Below, one piece after another: positions 55,170 to 64,000 of a stretch of 64,000 nucleotides of DNA. Each line of letters opens with the position of its first letter. Position 1 is the first letter of the stretch. Under the pieces are notes generated by a model that was given only the letters and a program-made list of their open reading frames with translations, did not search any database and was not told where the DNA came from. The stretch is from the NCBI GenBank assembly GCA_041648975.1, contig JBAZNZ010000002.1, positions 8,222-72,221 of the forward strand, in the 5' to 3' direction. The position numbers and the translations under genes were made by a program. The DNA comes from Candidatus Omnitrophota bacterium. Its GTDB lineage: Bacteria; Omnitrophota; Gorgyraeia; 2-01-FULL-45-10.

Positions 55170-55928
55170 TTATCCGAATTTTCCTCTTACATATCCGTCA
55201 GTGCGTTTGTCGGACGGCGCGGTAAATATCTTTTCCGTCCTGTCGATCTCTACAAGTTCTCCGTTCAGGAAGAACGCAGTCCTGTCAGCCACCCTCGAGG
55301 CCTGTTTCACGTTATTTGTCACGAGCACTATCGTATATTTTTTCTTTAACTTGAGCATAGCGTCTTCTACCTTGGCCGTAGATATCGGATCCAGCCCCGA
55401 ACACGGCTCATCGAACAGTATCACCTCCGGCCCTACCGCCAGGGTCCTGGCTATGCAAAGGCGCTGCTGCTGCCCTCCCGATAATTTGAACGCGGATTCT
55501 CCCATCCTGTCCTTTACCTCTTCCCATAGATAAGCTTCTTTCAGCGCATTCTCTGTTCTTTCGCCCAGCTCCCGTCTGTTCGTTAAACCGTGCCTCCTCA
55601 ACCCGTAGGCCACGTTTTCGAATATTGACAGCGGCAGCGGCAGGGGCAGGGCGAATACCATACCCACTTTTGCGCGCAGCTCTTCAGCGTCGACCTTGCG
55701 GATGTCCTTGCCTTCGAACATTGCTTTCCCGCTCATCTTAAAATCGGCGGACAGGTCATTAAGGCGGTTGAGCGTCCTTAAAAAGGTCGTCTTGCCGCTG
55801 TTAGAAGGCCCTATCACGCCCAGTATCTCATTGCGGCGCACACCGAGGCTTACCCGCCTCAAGACATGCGCGCTGCCGAACCATATATCTAGGCCATTTA
55901 TTTCAAAGACTTCGCTTCTCTCTACCAT
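55170..55928 (-). CDS. pstB: Phosphate ABC transporter ATP-binding protein PstB (copy 2, tandem)
   Basis: Walker A GPSNSGKTT, signature [13 protein letters not shown]. Immediately follows copy 1, a pstBA/pstBB-like arrangement. Confidence 0.9.
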   Translation of the reverse strand: MVERSEVFEINGLDIWFGSAHVLRRVSLGVRRNEILGVIGPSNSGKTTFLRTLNRLNDLSADFKMSGKAMFEGKDIRKVDAEELRAKVGMVFALPLPLPLSIFENVAYGLRRHGLTNRRELGERTENALKEAYLWEEVKDRMGESAFKLSGGQQQRLCIARTLAVGPEVILFDEPCSGLDPISTAKVEDAMLKLKKKYTIVLVTNNVKQASRVADRTAFFLNGELVEIDRTEKIFTAPSDKRTDGYVRGKFG

Positions 55929-56770
55929 TTCTTCCTCTTCCTGAATTTATAACGTATTACGATCGCCACCAGATTCATAAACAGGACGAGCGCCAGTAGT
56001 ACGAGCGCCGTGCCGTATCTTATCTTTTCGTCTACATTAGGGACCTGGGTCGATATGACGTAAAGATGGTATGGCAGCGCCATAGCCTGGTCGAAGATGG
56101 AATCCGGAAGCCGCGGCAGATAGAACGCCGCTACCGTAAAAAGAATAGGCGCTGTTTCGCCGGCCGCCCTCCCGAGGCCCAATATCGTCCCTGTCAGGAC
56201 GCCGGGTATCGCGTTCGGAAGGACGATATGCCTTATCGTCTGCCATTTACTCGCGCCTAAAGAGAGGCTCACCTCCCTGAACGAATACGGGACGCTCTCC
56301 AGGGCCTCGCGCGATGTTGTGATTATAATAGGTAAGATCATGATGCCCAGTGTAAGCGAGCCTGAAAGTATCGAAGCGCCGAATTTGAAAAATACTACGA
56401 ACATCGCCAATCCAAAAAGCCCGTAGACGACAGACGGCACGCCGGCAAGATTCACGATCGCGAGTTTTACGATACGCGTCAAAAGGTTGTCCCGGGAATA
56501 CTCGCTTAAGTATACCGCCGCCAGCAGCCCTATCGGCAGGGCAAATATGATAGCGCCCGTTACCAGATATATTGTTCCGACGATCGCGGGGAATATGCCG
56601 CCCGCGCGCATACCCTGGCGCGGTATGTCCGTCAGGAACTGCCAGTTTATCGCCGGCAGCCCTTTCTGGATTATGATCACGACAATGAGCCCTACCGGCA
56701 CGACTATCAAAAGAGTCGCCAGAAAGAGAAAGAAGAACGCTATTCTTTGAGACCTGTGCGGGTTTTTCAT
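55922..56770 (-). CDS. pstA: Phosphate ABC transporter permease PstA
   Basis: 282-aa, 6-TM permease with an EAA-like loop. Confidence 0.9.
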   Translation of the reverse strand: MKNPHRSQRIAFFFLFLATLLIVVPVGLIVVIIIQKGLPAINWQFLTDIPRQGMRAGGIFPAIVGTIYLVTGAIIFALPIGLLAAVYLSEYSRDNLLTRIVKLAIVNLAGVPSVVYGLFGLAMFVVFFKFGASILSGSLTLGIMILPIIITTSREALESVPYSFREVSLSLGASKWQTIRHIVLPNAIPGVLTGTILGLGRAAGETAPILFTVAAFYLPRLPDSIFDQAMALPYHLYVISTQVPNVDEKIRYGTALVLLALVLFMNLVAIVIRYKFRKRKKW

Positions 56771-56835
56771 CCTTCGACGCGCTCCTCATTTCATTCGTCA
56801 CTTGCTCAGGATGACCCTGAGCGAAGCCGAATGGG

Positions 56836-57702
56836 TCATCGCTGCCTTTTATGTAAAAACAGGTCCGCCGTCACGTTCACGGCGAAACTTATCACGAACA
56901 GGACTATCCCGACGGCGAAAAGGGCAAAATAATGTTCGCTGCCTACAACGGCCTCGCCCATCTCAGCCGCGATAGTCGCTGTAAGCGTCCTCACCGGGAC
57001 AAGGATGCTCGCGGGGATAACGGCCGCGTTACCCGTGATCATCATGACCGCCATCGTCTCTCCGATGACCCTGCCTATACCGAGCATCACCGCGGCCAGA
57101 ATGCCGCTTGACGCCGCCGGCAGCATAACACGCCGGATGGTCTGCCAATGCGTAGCGCCGAGAGCGAACGCTCCCTCTTTGTAACTCTTCGGGACCGAGT
57201 AGAGCGCGTCTTCGGCTATCGAGACTATCGTGGGCATGGCCATGAACGCCAGCATTATCGAGCCCGACAGGGCCGTCAATCCTGTAGGAATATGGAACAG
57301 AGTCTTCACCAGCGGGACTAGCGTCACCATACCTACGAATCCGAGGACGACGCTCGGTATGGCGGCCAGTAATTCTATCCCCGCTTTTAAGACCTCTTTT
57401 GTTTTGACGGGCGCGACTTCGGCTATATATATAGCGCATCCTACCCCTATAGGGATGGATATCACCGCGGCGCCGAATGTGACCAGAAGAGAACCGAGGA
57501 TGAGCGGCAATATCCCGAGCTGCGGCGGCTCTGAGATAGGATACCAGCTCTTTCCAAAGAGGAATTTAAAAGGACTTACAGTATTAAATACCGCAAGCCC
57601 CTCTTTAAGCAAAAATAAAAATATCAGCACGACAAAAAATATCGAAGCTAAACCGCAAATAAGGATTAACTTTTCAATAATGAATTCTTTTATCTTACGC
57701 AT
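56836..57702 (-). CDS. pstC: Phosphate ABC transporter permease PstC
   Basis: 288-aa permease preceding pstA. Confidence 0.9.
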   Translation of the reverse strand: MRKIKEFIIEKLILICGLASIFFVVLIFLFLLKEGLAVFNTVSPFKFLFGKSWYPISEPPQLGILPLILGSLLVTFGAAVISIPIGVGCAIYIAEVAPVKTKEVLKAGIELLAAIPSVVLGFVGMVTLVPLVKTLFHIPTGLTALSGSIMLAFMAMPTIVSIAEDALYSVPKSYKEGAFALGATHWQTIRRVMLPAASSGILAAVMLGIGRVIGETMAVMMITGNAAVIPASILVPVRTLTATIAAEMGEAVVGSEHYFALFAVGIVLFVISFAVNVTADLFLHKRQR

Positions 57703-57707
57703 TGAGT

Positions 57708-58562
57708 TTATTCATTAACAGGCACGAAGTCGGTTGCCAGGACAATTTCCTGGCCTTCTTTCGAGAGCGTATAATCGATAAACTTCTTTACCAGGTTTTC
57801 GGGATTGCCGTTGGTATAAAGGAAAAGGGGCCTCGATATCGGATATCTGTTATTCAGGACATTCTCTATCGTAGGCGCGACATATTCGGACTTTTCGTCT
57901 TTGGCCACAGCTACGGGCTTTTGCTTTGGCGATATATACCCCATGCCGTAATATCCAATGGCCGAGCGGTTACCCGCAATTTCATCGGCAATGGCCTGCG
58001 ACGATGAGAGCATGAGCGCGGCCGGGGCGAATTCCTCGCTTCCGCCGGCGTTGCCTCCCCTCAATACGTGCTCCTTAAAATATACATGGGTCCCTGAATT
58101 AACCTCGCGCGACAGGACTACTATCTTCTCATCGACACCGCCGACGTCTTTCCAGTTTTTAACAGCCCCGGTAAATATACCGGCCAGCTGTTCTATAGTA
58201 AGCGCGCTAACCGGGTTCCCGGGATTCACCACGACGACAAGACCGTCGAGCGCGACTTTTATCTCCTTCGGATGTATCCCTTTTTTTTCCGCGATGGTTA
58301 TCTCTTTCCCCTTGATATTCCTCGAGCTCATAGCGATGTCGCAGGTCCCGCTTATCAGGCTCGACAGCCCCGTTCCTGACCCGCCTCCCGTGACCGCCAC
58401 AAAATCAGCAGGGTCTTTCTCCATGAATTTCTCCGCCCATGCCTGGCCGAGATTGACCATCGTATCAGAGCCTTTAACCTGGATAGAATTATTCTCTTTT
58501 GCCGCGAACGCGGATGACGCTAGCGTCAGCGCTATAAGAAATAGCATAAATTTTTTTAACAT
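57708..58562 (-). CDS. pstS: Phosphate-binding periplasmic protein PstS
   Basis: Signal peptide. PBP fold with SGTCDIAMSSR and TGGGSGTG motifs. Confidence 0.85.
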   Translation of the reverse strand: MLKKFMLFLIALTLASSAFAAKENNSIQVKGSDTMVNLGQAWAEKFMEKDPADFVAVTGGGSGTGLSSLISGTCDIAMSSRNIKGKEITIAEKKGIHPKEIKVALDGLVVVVNPGNPVSALTIEQLAGIFTGAVKNWKDVGGVDEKIVVLSREVNSGTHVYFKEHVLRGGNAGGSEEFAPAALMLSSSQAIADEIAGNRSAIGYYGMGYISPKQKPVAVAKDEKSEYVAPTIENVLNNRYPISRPLFLYTNGNPENLVKKFIDYTLSKEGQEIVLATDFVPVNE

Positions 58563-58675
58563 AAATCCTCCTTGATTTCACCCAAAGTATACTACTTCCG
58601 TATTATGCGTATATGAGGACGATGTTAAATCTGTGTAAATTACTGCCGGTTACGAGGAGATGTGATATACGCAGG

Positions 58676-60451
58676 TTATTTAGGAAGCGTGAAGTAGAAC
58701 TTCGACCCGAAACCCTCGACGCTTTCTACGCCGACTTTCCCTCCGTGTAATTCTACGATATGCTTGACGATAGAAAGCCCGAGCCCGGTACCGCCCAGTT
58801 CGCGCGAACGCGCCTTGTCGACCCTGTAGAACCGCTCGAATATCCTGGGAATATCTTTTTCGGGAATGCCGGCGCCTGAATCTTCAACGGTGATCTTCAC
58901 TTCACCGTCTTTTTCCTCGCCGACGATCCTGATGCTCCCTTTATCCTTATTGAATTTTATCGCGTTATCGATCAGGTTGGTCAATACCTGCTCTATCCTG
59001 TTCTCATCGGCCATGACCGAGATCCCCGGCGCCAATTCGTTCATCACTTCTATACTCTTCTTGCGCAGCTGCGATTTAAACCCCAGGATAATCCCCTCGG
59101 CCAGCCGTCGCAGGTGTATCTCTTTCTTCTCAAGCGCGATCTCTTTCGATTCGAGATGCGACAGGGAGAGCAGATCGTCGACCAGGCTATTGAGCCGCTC
59201 GGCGTGCTCCTGGATGATCCTTAAGAATTCGCGGCTATTTTCCCTGTCATCCACTGCGCCGTCTAAGAGCGTCTCTACGAAACCTTTGATCGATGTGAGC
59301 GGCGTCTTCAATTCATGGGATACGTTGGCGATGAAATCGCTCCGGATAGTCTCCAGCCTCCTGATCTGGGTTATGTCATGTATGACTACCAGGCATCCCG
59401 AAACGTCTTCATTGTCGAAGATCGGCGCGGCGTTCACCTCAAATATCCCGCGAATGGGATAGACAAGCTCGATATGGGCTGAGGCAACCTGTCCATCCCG
59501 CAAAACGGCGTTTATGACTTCTGAGATATCGTTATTGCGTATCGTTTCCAGGAATGCCCTTCCATGCGCGTCTTTCTTTAATACGCCGAATATCTTCTCT
59601 ATAGTGGGATTGATGGAGACGATACGCCCCTCTCTGTCTATTATTATGACCCCTTCGACCATGCTGCTGAATATCGCCGCGAGTTTCTGATTCTGGGCCT
59701 TGATCTCGGTTATCTTACTTTCTATATCCTCTGCCATATTATTAAGCGTGTCTGCCAGCTCTCCCATCTCATCTTTGGGGCCCTGTATGATCCTGCGGCT
59801 GAAATCGCCTTTTGAAAATCTGCGTGAGATCTGGATAATCCGTCTTACCGGCTTCATGGTATTCTGCGCTACCAATGAACCCAGGACAAATGCAAGCGCC
59901 AGGGCAAATAGAAATCCCGCGGCGACTATCTTTCTTATGGCTGAAAGCGTCTGCTGTACGCTTTCCAGGGTAAGAGCTAACCTCAATACGCACTCGGGCC
60001 TCTCCTTATTTTTAAGCAACAATGCCGCATAGAGCATATCGATCTTCAGGGTCGGGGAATAACGGATATCCGTGCCTGTGCCGCCGTCCCGGGCGCTCCT
60101 CACCTCCGGCCGGTTCAGGTGGTTTTCCATTCTCGAGATATCTTCAGAGGTTTTCCCGGAATCCGCGAGGACTTTGCCGCGGTCATCGATGACGGTGATC
60201 CGGCATTTAGCCTTAAGACTGAGCTCTCTTACCAGCCTGATCAGAGAGGCATGTCCTTCCTCATTAAGGATATCTGCGGTGATCCGGCTCCCGATCAAAT
60301 TTGCCTGCGTGATGAGGGTGTCCTTGATATTGCGGAGGGAATTCTCTTCCAGGTTCCTATCGAGGAAGAATGCCACCAGACCAAATGACGTCAATATTAC
60401 AACGGCATACGATAGGATCAGTTTTGATTTAAAACTTATTTTTGCCGCCAT
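58676..60451 (-). CDS. phoR: Sensor histidine kinase PhoR-like (TM, HAMP, PAS, HisKA, HATPase)
   Basis: H box SHELKTPLT. N, G1 and G2 boxes present. 591 aa. Confidence 0.85.
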   Translation of the reverse strand: MAAKISFKSKLILSYAVVILTSFGLVAFFLDRNLEENSLRNIKDTLITQANLIGSRITADILNEEGHASLIRLVRELSLKAKCRITVIDDRGKVLADSGKTSEDISRMENHLNRPEVRSARDGGTGTDIRYSPTLKIDMLYAALLLKNKERPECVLRLALTLESVQQTLSAIRKIVAAGFLFALALAFVLGSLVAQNTMKPVRRIIQISRRFSKGDFSRRIIQGPKDEMGELADTLNNMAEDIESKITEIKAQNQKLAAIFSSMVEGVIIIDREGRIVSINPTIEKIFGVLKKDAHGRAFLETIRNNDISEVINAVLRDGQVASAHIELVYPIRGIFEVNAAPIFDNEDVSGCLVVIHDITQIRRLETIRSDFIANVSHELKTPLTSIKGFVETLLDGAVDDRENSREFLRIIQEHAERLNSLVDDLLSLSHLESKEIALEKKEIHLRRLAEGIILGFKSQLRKKSIEVMNELAPGISVMADENRIEQVLTNLIDNAIKFNKDKGSIRIVGEEKDGEVKITVEDSGAGIPEKDIPRIFERFYRVDKARSRELGGTGLGLSIVKHIVELHGGKVGVESVEGFGSKFYFTLPK

Positions 60452-61151
60452 CCGACACCCGGTCTTCGTCGTCGAACCTGTACCCGTAATTCTTGACTGT
60501 CACAATGCGCCCCGATTCGCCCTTCAGCTTCTTTCGGAGCGTCGTTATGTGCACATCCACCGTGCGCGTCTGTATCTCCGAGGCCTGGTCAAAACCCCAA
60601 ATATTATCCAGCAGATAGTCGCGCGACAGGACCCTGCCCTTAGCCTTTATGAGCGTCTTTAGAAGTTCAAACTCTTTGGAGGTGAGCTCTATTGCCTTGC
60701 CTTTAACCGTCACCGCTATCCTGGACAGGTCGATCACGAGGTCGCCCGCTTTCAATATATCTTGCGGCTTGCCCTTATCGCCCGCCCTGCGCAAAACCGC
60801 TTTTATACGCGCTATCAATTCCCGAGGGCTGAAAGGCTTTGTAATATAATCATCGGCGCCCAATTCAAGTCCGACGATCTTATCCGATTCCTGGCTTTTC
60901 GCTGTAAGCATTATTACGGGGATAACTGTTGTTTTAGGATCCGCTTTAAGGACTTTGCATACCTCTAAGCCGTCAATGCCGGGAAGCATAAGATCTAGGA
61001 TGATCAGGTCGGGCCGTCCGCTCTTTACCGCCGCCCCGGCGTCTTCCCCGCTTCGGACGGATATAGTCTTAAAGCCTTCCTTCTTGAGGTTGTACTCCAG
61101 CATCTTGACTATATCTTTTTCGTCTTCGACGAGCAGTATGGTCGCTTTCAT
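60429..61151 (-). CDS. phoB: OmpR-family response regulator PhoB-like
   Basis: Receiver domain ILLVEDE plus winged-helix C-terminus. Overlaps the phoR start by 23 bp. Confidence 0.85.
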   Translation of the reverse strand: MKATILLVEDEKDIVKMLEYNLKKEGFKTISVRSGEDAGAAVKSGRPDLIILDLMLPGIDGLEVCKVLKADPKTTVIPVIMLTAKSQESDKIVGLELGADDYITKPFSPRELIARIKAVLRRAGDKGKPQDILKAGDLVIDLSRIAVTVKGKAIELTSKEFELLKTLIKAKGRVLSRDYLLDNIWGFDQASEIQTRTVDVHITTLRKKLKGESGRIVTVKNYGYRFDDEDRVSDGGKNKF

Positions 61152-61292
61152 CGCTCTCCTGAAAAATAGAGGATTCTCGTGGATATTCTATCAGACTATT
61201 ATCCGCAAGACAATGGTATTGTTTCTGCGCGGTAATTTTATCGGTAGGCAGGTTTGAGTATAGCTCGCAAAAATTTCATTACGCGGCCGGCT

Positions 61293-61970
61293 TTATTTAT
61301 CGCCTGTTAACTTCTCGGGATGATGTTTGACGACCTCGGCCTGGACCATATAGATCACATCTTCCGCGATGTTGGTAGCGTGATCGCATATTCGCTCAAG
61401 GAACCGGGCTATCAGGAGAAGCTGAACAGCCCTTGGAGCCGTAGAAGCGTCTTTAGCCATATAGTCTTCTATCAGCTCTTTTGTTATCAGATTCCGCAGC
61501 TTATCGGCCTCGCCGTCGGATAATATGACCTTCTTGGCCAGTTCCACGTCACCCTTTACAAATGAGTCCACAGCCATCTTAACCATATTTTGGGCTACTA
61601 CCGTCAGTTTAGGGATATCGACTAAAGGTTTAAGCAAAGGTTTGTTGACTATCTCAAGCACGCGCTGCGCTATGTCTACGGCGATGTCGGCTATCCTTTC
61701 AAGCTCGGCGTTTAATTTCATGCCGGTTGTGATAAAGCGCAGGTCTTTGGCCAGGGGCTGGTGTCTCGCGATAAGATCTACACATTTTTCGTCTACGACC
61801 AATTCAAGCCTATCGATATTGTTATCATTCTCTATTACCGCTTTTGCCAGTTTCGCGTCCCTCCCCTTTAACGCTTCTATGGACTTATGGATGGCATCCT
61901 CGGCAAAGATCCCCATCTTCAATATATCCTGGTTCAGATCCTTTAATTCTTCGTCAAAATGTCTTTTCAT
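61293..61970 (-). CDS. phoU: PhoU (copy 2)
   Basis: 225 aa, clear paralogue of 53706..54374. Confidence 0.9.
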   Translation of the reverse strand: MKRHFDEELKDLNQDILKMGIFAEDAIHKSIEALKGRDAKLAKAVIENDNNIDRLELVVDEKCVDLIARHQPLAKDLRFITTGMKLNAELERIADIAVDIAQRVLEIVNKPLLKPLVDIPKLTVVAQNMVKMAVDSFVKGDVELAKKVILSDGEADKLRNLITKELIEDYMAKDASTAPRAVQLLLIARFLERICDHATNIAEDVIYMVQAEVVKHHPEKLTGDK

Positions 61971-62045
61971 TGAAATTTCCCCTTTTTTCGCTATGAAATT
62001 TCATCCCGAGCCGCTGTCATCTAATTCCCGCGGCGAGGGACTACC

Positions 62046-62441
62046 TTATCTCTGTTTCTGCAGGTCAAAATGTATCTTCCGCGGAAGCTCCGTTCTGATA
62101 CGAAGCACGGCCTCTTGCGGCGGAAATTTTTCGTCTATCGGGATTGCCCGGATCTTCACGTAATCGTCCTTATCCAATATGCCGGTAAACCGGTAGACAA
62201 AAGGCGTTGTGCCTATTAATTTTCCGTCCCACTTGATCCTGGCCTCGCTCGGCCCGGCAGTGACCCGTATCTCGTATCCGTTATATTCATACGACTTGCC
62301 GTTATACCAATAATTGTTCGGCTCCACCGGATTGAGCTGAAAAGAGCCCAACGCGGAGACAGCATCGGAATTGCGTATTTCATCGACAGACGCGCACGAC
62401 GACAATAATAAACAAACGGCGATACATGCGATAATTTTCAT
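62046..62441 (-). CDS. Hypothetical lipoprotein
   Basis: Lipobox LLLSSC. 131 aa. Confidence 0.5.
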   Translation of the reverse strand: MKIIACIAVCLLLSSCASVDEIRNSDAVSALGSFQLNPVEPNNYWYNGKSYEYNGYEIRVTAGPSEARIKWDGKLIGTTPFVYRFTGILDKDDYVKIRAIPIDEKFPPQEAVLRIRTELPRKIHFDLQKQR

Positions 62442-63196
62442 CCGAACCTGCCTGTTATGTAGTCTTCGGTAATCTTTTTACCCGGCTTGGTAAACATTAT
62501 ACTCGTAATATTATACTCCACAAGCTCCCCCAACATGAAGAAGGCCGTGAAGTCGGAGATCCTTGCCGCCTGCTGCATATTGTGGGTCACGATAATTATG
62601 GTGTACTTTTTCTTCAGCTGTTGTATCAATTCCTCGATCTTCAGCGTCGCGGTAGGATCCAGCGCCGAAGCAGGCTCATCCATAAGTATTACCTCGGGCT
62701 CGACCGCCAGGGCCCTTGCTATACAAAGCCTTTGCTGCTGGCCGCCGGAAAGCTCGAAGGCGTTTTTATTGAGCCTGTCCTTCACCTCATCCCATATGGC
62801 TGCGTCTTTCAAACTCTTTTCCACCCGATCCTGTATATAGTATCTATCCTTTACGCCGTTTATCCTTAAGCCGTACGCCACATTATCGAATATCGTCTTC
62901 GGGAAAGGGTTTGATTTTTGAAATACCATTCCTACTTTACGCCTTATATTTACAACGTCTACATCTTCATCGTAGATGTTCTTGCTATCCAGTATTATCC
63001 GCCCCTCAGCTCTCGCGCCGAGTATAGTGTCATTCATGCGGTTTATGCTGCGCAAAAACGTAGACTTACCGCATCCCGACGGTCCGATGATGCCGGTCAC
63101 TTTATTTGTGGCGATATCCATCGACACATTTTTTAACACCTGCATCTTGCCGTAGTAAAAATTAAATTTCCCGACCCTTATTTTAACATCTTCCAT
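62438..63196 (-). CDS. pstB: PstB (copy 3)
   Basis: Walker [10 protein letters not shown], signature [13 protein letters not shown]. Confidence 0.9.
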   Translation of the reverse strand: MEDVKIRVGKFNFYYGKMQVLKNVSMDIATNKVTGIIGPSGCGKSTFLRSINRMNDTILGARAEGRIILDSKNIYDEDVDVVNIRRKVGMVFQKSNPFPKTIFDNVAYGLRINGVKDRYYIQDRVEKSLKDAAIWDEVKDRLNKNAFELSGGQQQRLCIARALAVEPEVILMDEPASALDPTATLKIEELIQQLKKKYTIIIVTHNMQQAARISDFTAFFMLGELVEYNITSIMFTKPGKKITEDYITGRFG

Positions 63197-63200
63197 TGGC

Positions 63201-64000
63201 TCACTCCACCCTGACCTTTCTTAAATGATACCGCAAAATCACGGCGCATAGGTTCATAATGAACACAAGCGCGATCAATACCAGCGCTGATCCGTACGCT
63301 ATAGGCCTTACTTTGCTTATCGCATGGTGCTGGGTCGACATTATATAGAGATGGTATGGAAGCGCCATAAATTGGCTAAATACGGATTTTGGCAAAAACG
63401 GCAGAAAAAACGCGGCCCCCGTAAAAAGTATGGGCGCCGTCTCTCCGGCGGCGCGGGACAAGCCCAGTATGGTGCCTGTTAACATGCCCGGTACGGCATA
63501 CGGCAATACATTCGTCTTTATCGCCTGCCATTTAGTCGCTCCCAACGCTAAAGCCCCTTCTCTATATGAATTTGGGACGTTCTTTAACGCCTCTTCGCTT
63601 GCCGTGATCGTCCAGGGCAGGGTCATTAGCCCAAGCGTTAACCCTGCCGACAGGATACAAGTTCCGAGATTCATCATCTGGACAAATAATATAACACCAA
63701 AGAGCCCATATACTATTGAAGGAACTCCCGATAAATTGCGGATAGCCATCCGGATCAGCCGCGTTATCTTGCCGTCTACCGCATATTCATTTAAATAAAC
63801 AGCGCATCCCATCCCTAAAGGGATCGCCAGTAAAGCCGTTATAAGAGTGACTAAAAAAGTGCCCACTATAGCCGGCAATATACCTCCTTCGGTCATGCCG
63901 TTCCTGGGCATGGACGTCAGGAACTCCCAATTTATCACGCCGATACCCTTGCTTACAATGTCATACAGAATGACTATTAATACAGCCATGACGACGCCTA
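63201..64000 (-). CDS. pstA: PstA (copy 2); 5' end probably beyond the window
   Basis: Aligns with PstA copy 1 from about residue 20. The reading frame is open to the window edge. Confidence 0.8.
   Translation of the reverse strand, partial: GVVMAVLIVILYDIVSKGIGVINWEFLTSMPRNGMTEGGILPAIVGTFLVTLITALLAIPLGMGCAVYLNEYAVDGKITRLIRMAIRNLSGVPSIVYGLFGVILFVQMMNLGTCILSAGLTLGLMTLPWTITASEEALKNVPNSYREGALALGATKWQAIKTNVLPYAVPGMLTGTILGLSRAAGETAPILFTGAAFFLPFLPKSVFSQFMALPYHLYIMSTQHHAISKVRPIAYGSALVLIALVFIMNLCAVILRYHLRKVRVE

Overview
A 64-kb chromosomal segment from a diderm (Gram-negative-type) bacterium of uncertain lineage. The diderm call rests on the MlaFED, LptF/G, TolC-MacAB and PilT genes. Almost all genes are on the minus strand and most encode housekeeping functions.

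Gene content, in window order:
- Envelope and lipid: an Mla lipid-transport operon with an embedded STAS/RsbW-like partner-switching pair, then accA, a LysM L,D-transpeptidase and a divergent PAP2-family protein.
- Cofactor, nucleotide and central metabolism: folE, mnmE, folC, purH, gpmA, hemW, then B12-dependent ribonucleotide reductase nrdJ.
- Glycan-related: a processive GT2 synthase with a PEGA-domain partner, rlmN, and a pair of SMR/EamA half-transporters.
- Candidate biosynthetic trio: a PaaK-like adenylate-forming ligase, a class III aminotransferase and an MtnX-like HAD phosphatase, followed by malQ.
- cspA, comFC, lptF/G, fba, ahcY, metK, a sugar nucleotidyltransferase and a PGI/PMI isomerase.
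- A PTS-Ntr cluster (ptsI, ptsH, yvcK, ptsN).
- Four tRNA genes (Gly-GCC, Lys-CTT, Leu-TAG, Arg-TCG).
- A GH3-family adenylating enzyme, pilT with a response regulator, and a TolC-MacA-MacB efflux operon.
- A duplicated phosphate-uptake region: phoU x2, pstB x3, pstSCA, a partial second pstA, and phoBR.

Structure that the gene list does not explain:
1. Same-strand intergenic junctions repeatedly carry paired inverted arrays of tandem 7-bp or 10-bp repeats. Each locus uses a different unit sequence, so the architecture is conserved but the sequence is not.
2. A roughly 250-bp rod-like palindromic MITE-like element with a 38-bp terminal inverted repeat occurs twice. One copy carries a 90-bp nested insertion.
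3. The four tRNA genes each sit in a cassette with homologous 5' and 3' flanks. Upstream of tRNA-Arg and tRNA-Lys, the flank is tandemly duplicated as 120-bp units that each end in the first 12 nt of the tRNA.
4. A 1.1-kb non-coding gap upstream of cspA holds repeated structured modules, a textbook sigma70 promoter and a leader terminator.
5. A small hairpin motif with conserved tandem G-A mismatches and compensatory stem changes occurs twice.
6. A tandem palindromic repeat lies inside the nrdJ coding linker.
7. A well-phased NrdR-box pair lies upstream of nrdJ.

No CRISPR array, integrase, transposase or recognisable defence gene was seen. All calls rest on reading the sequence and the ORF translations. 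No database searches were run.
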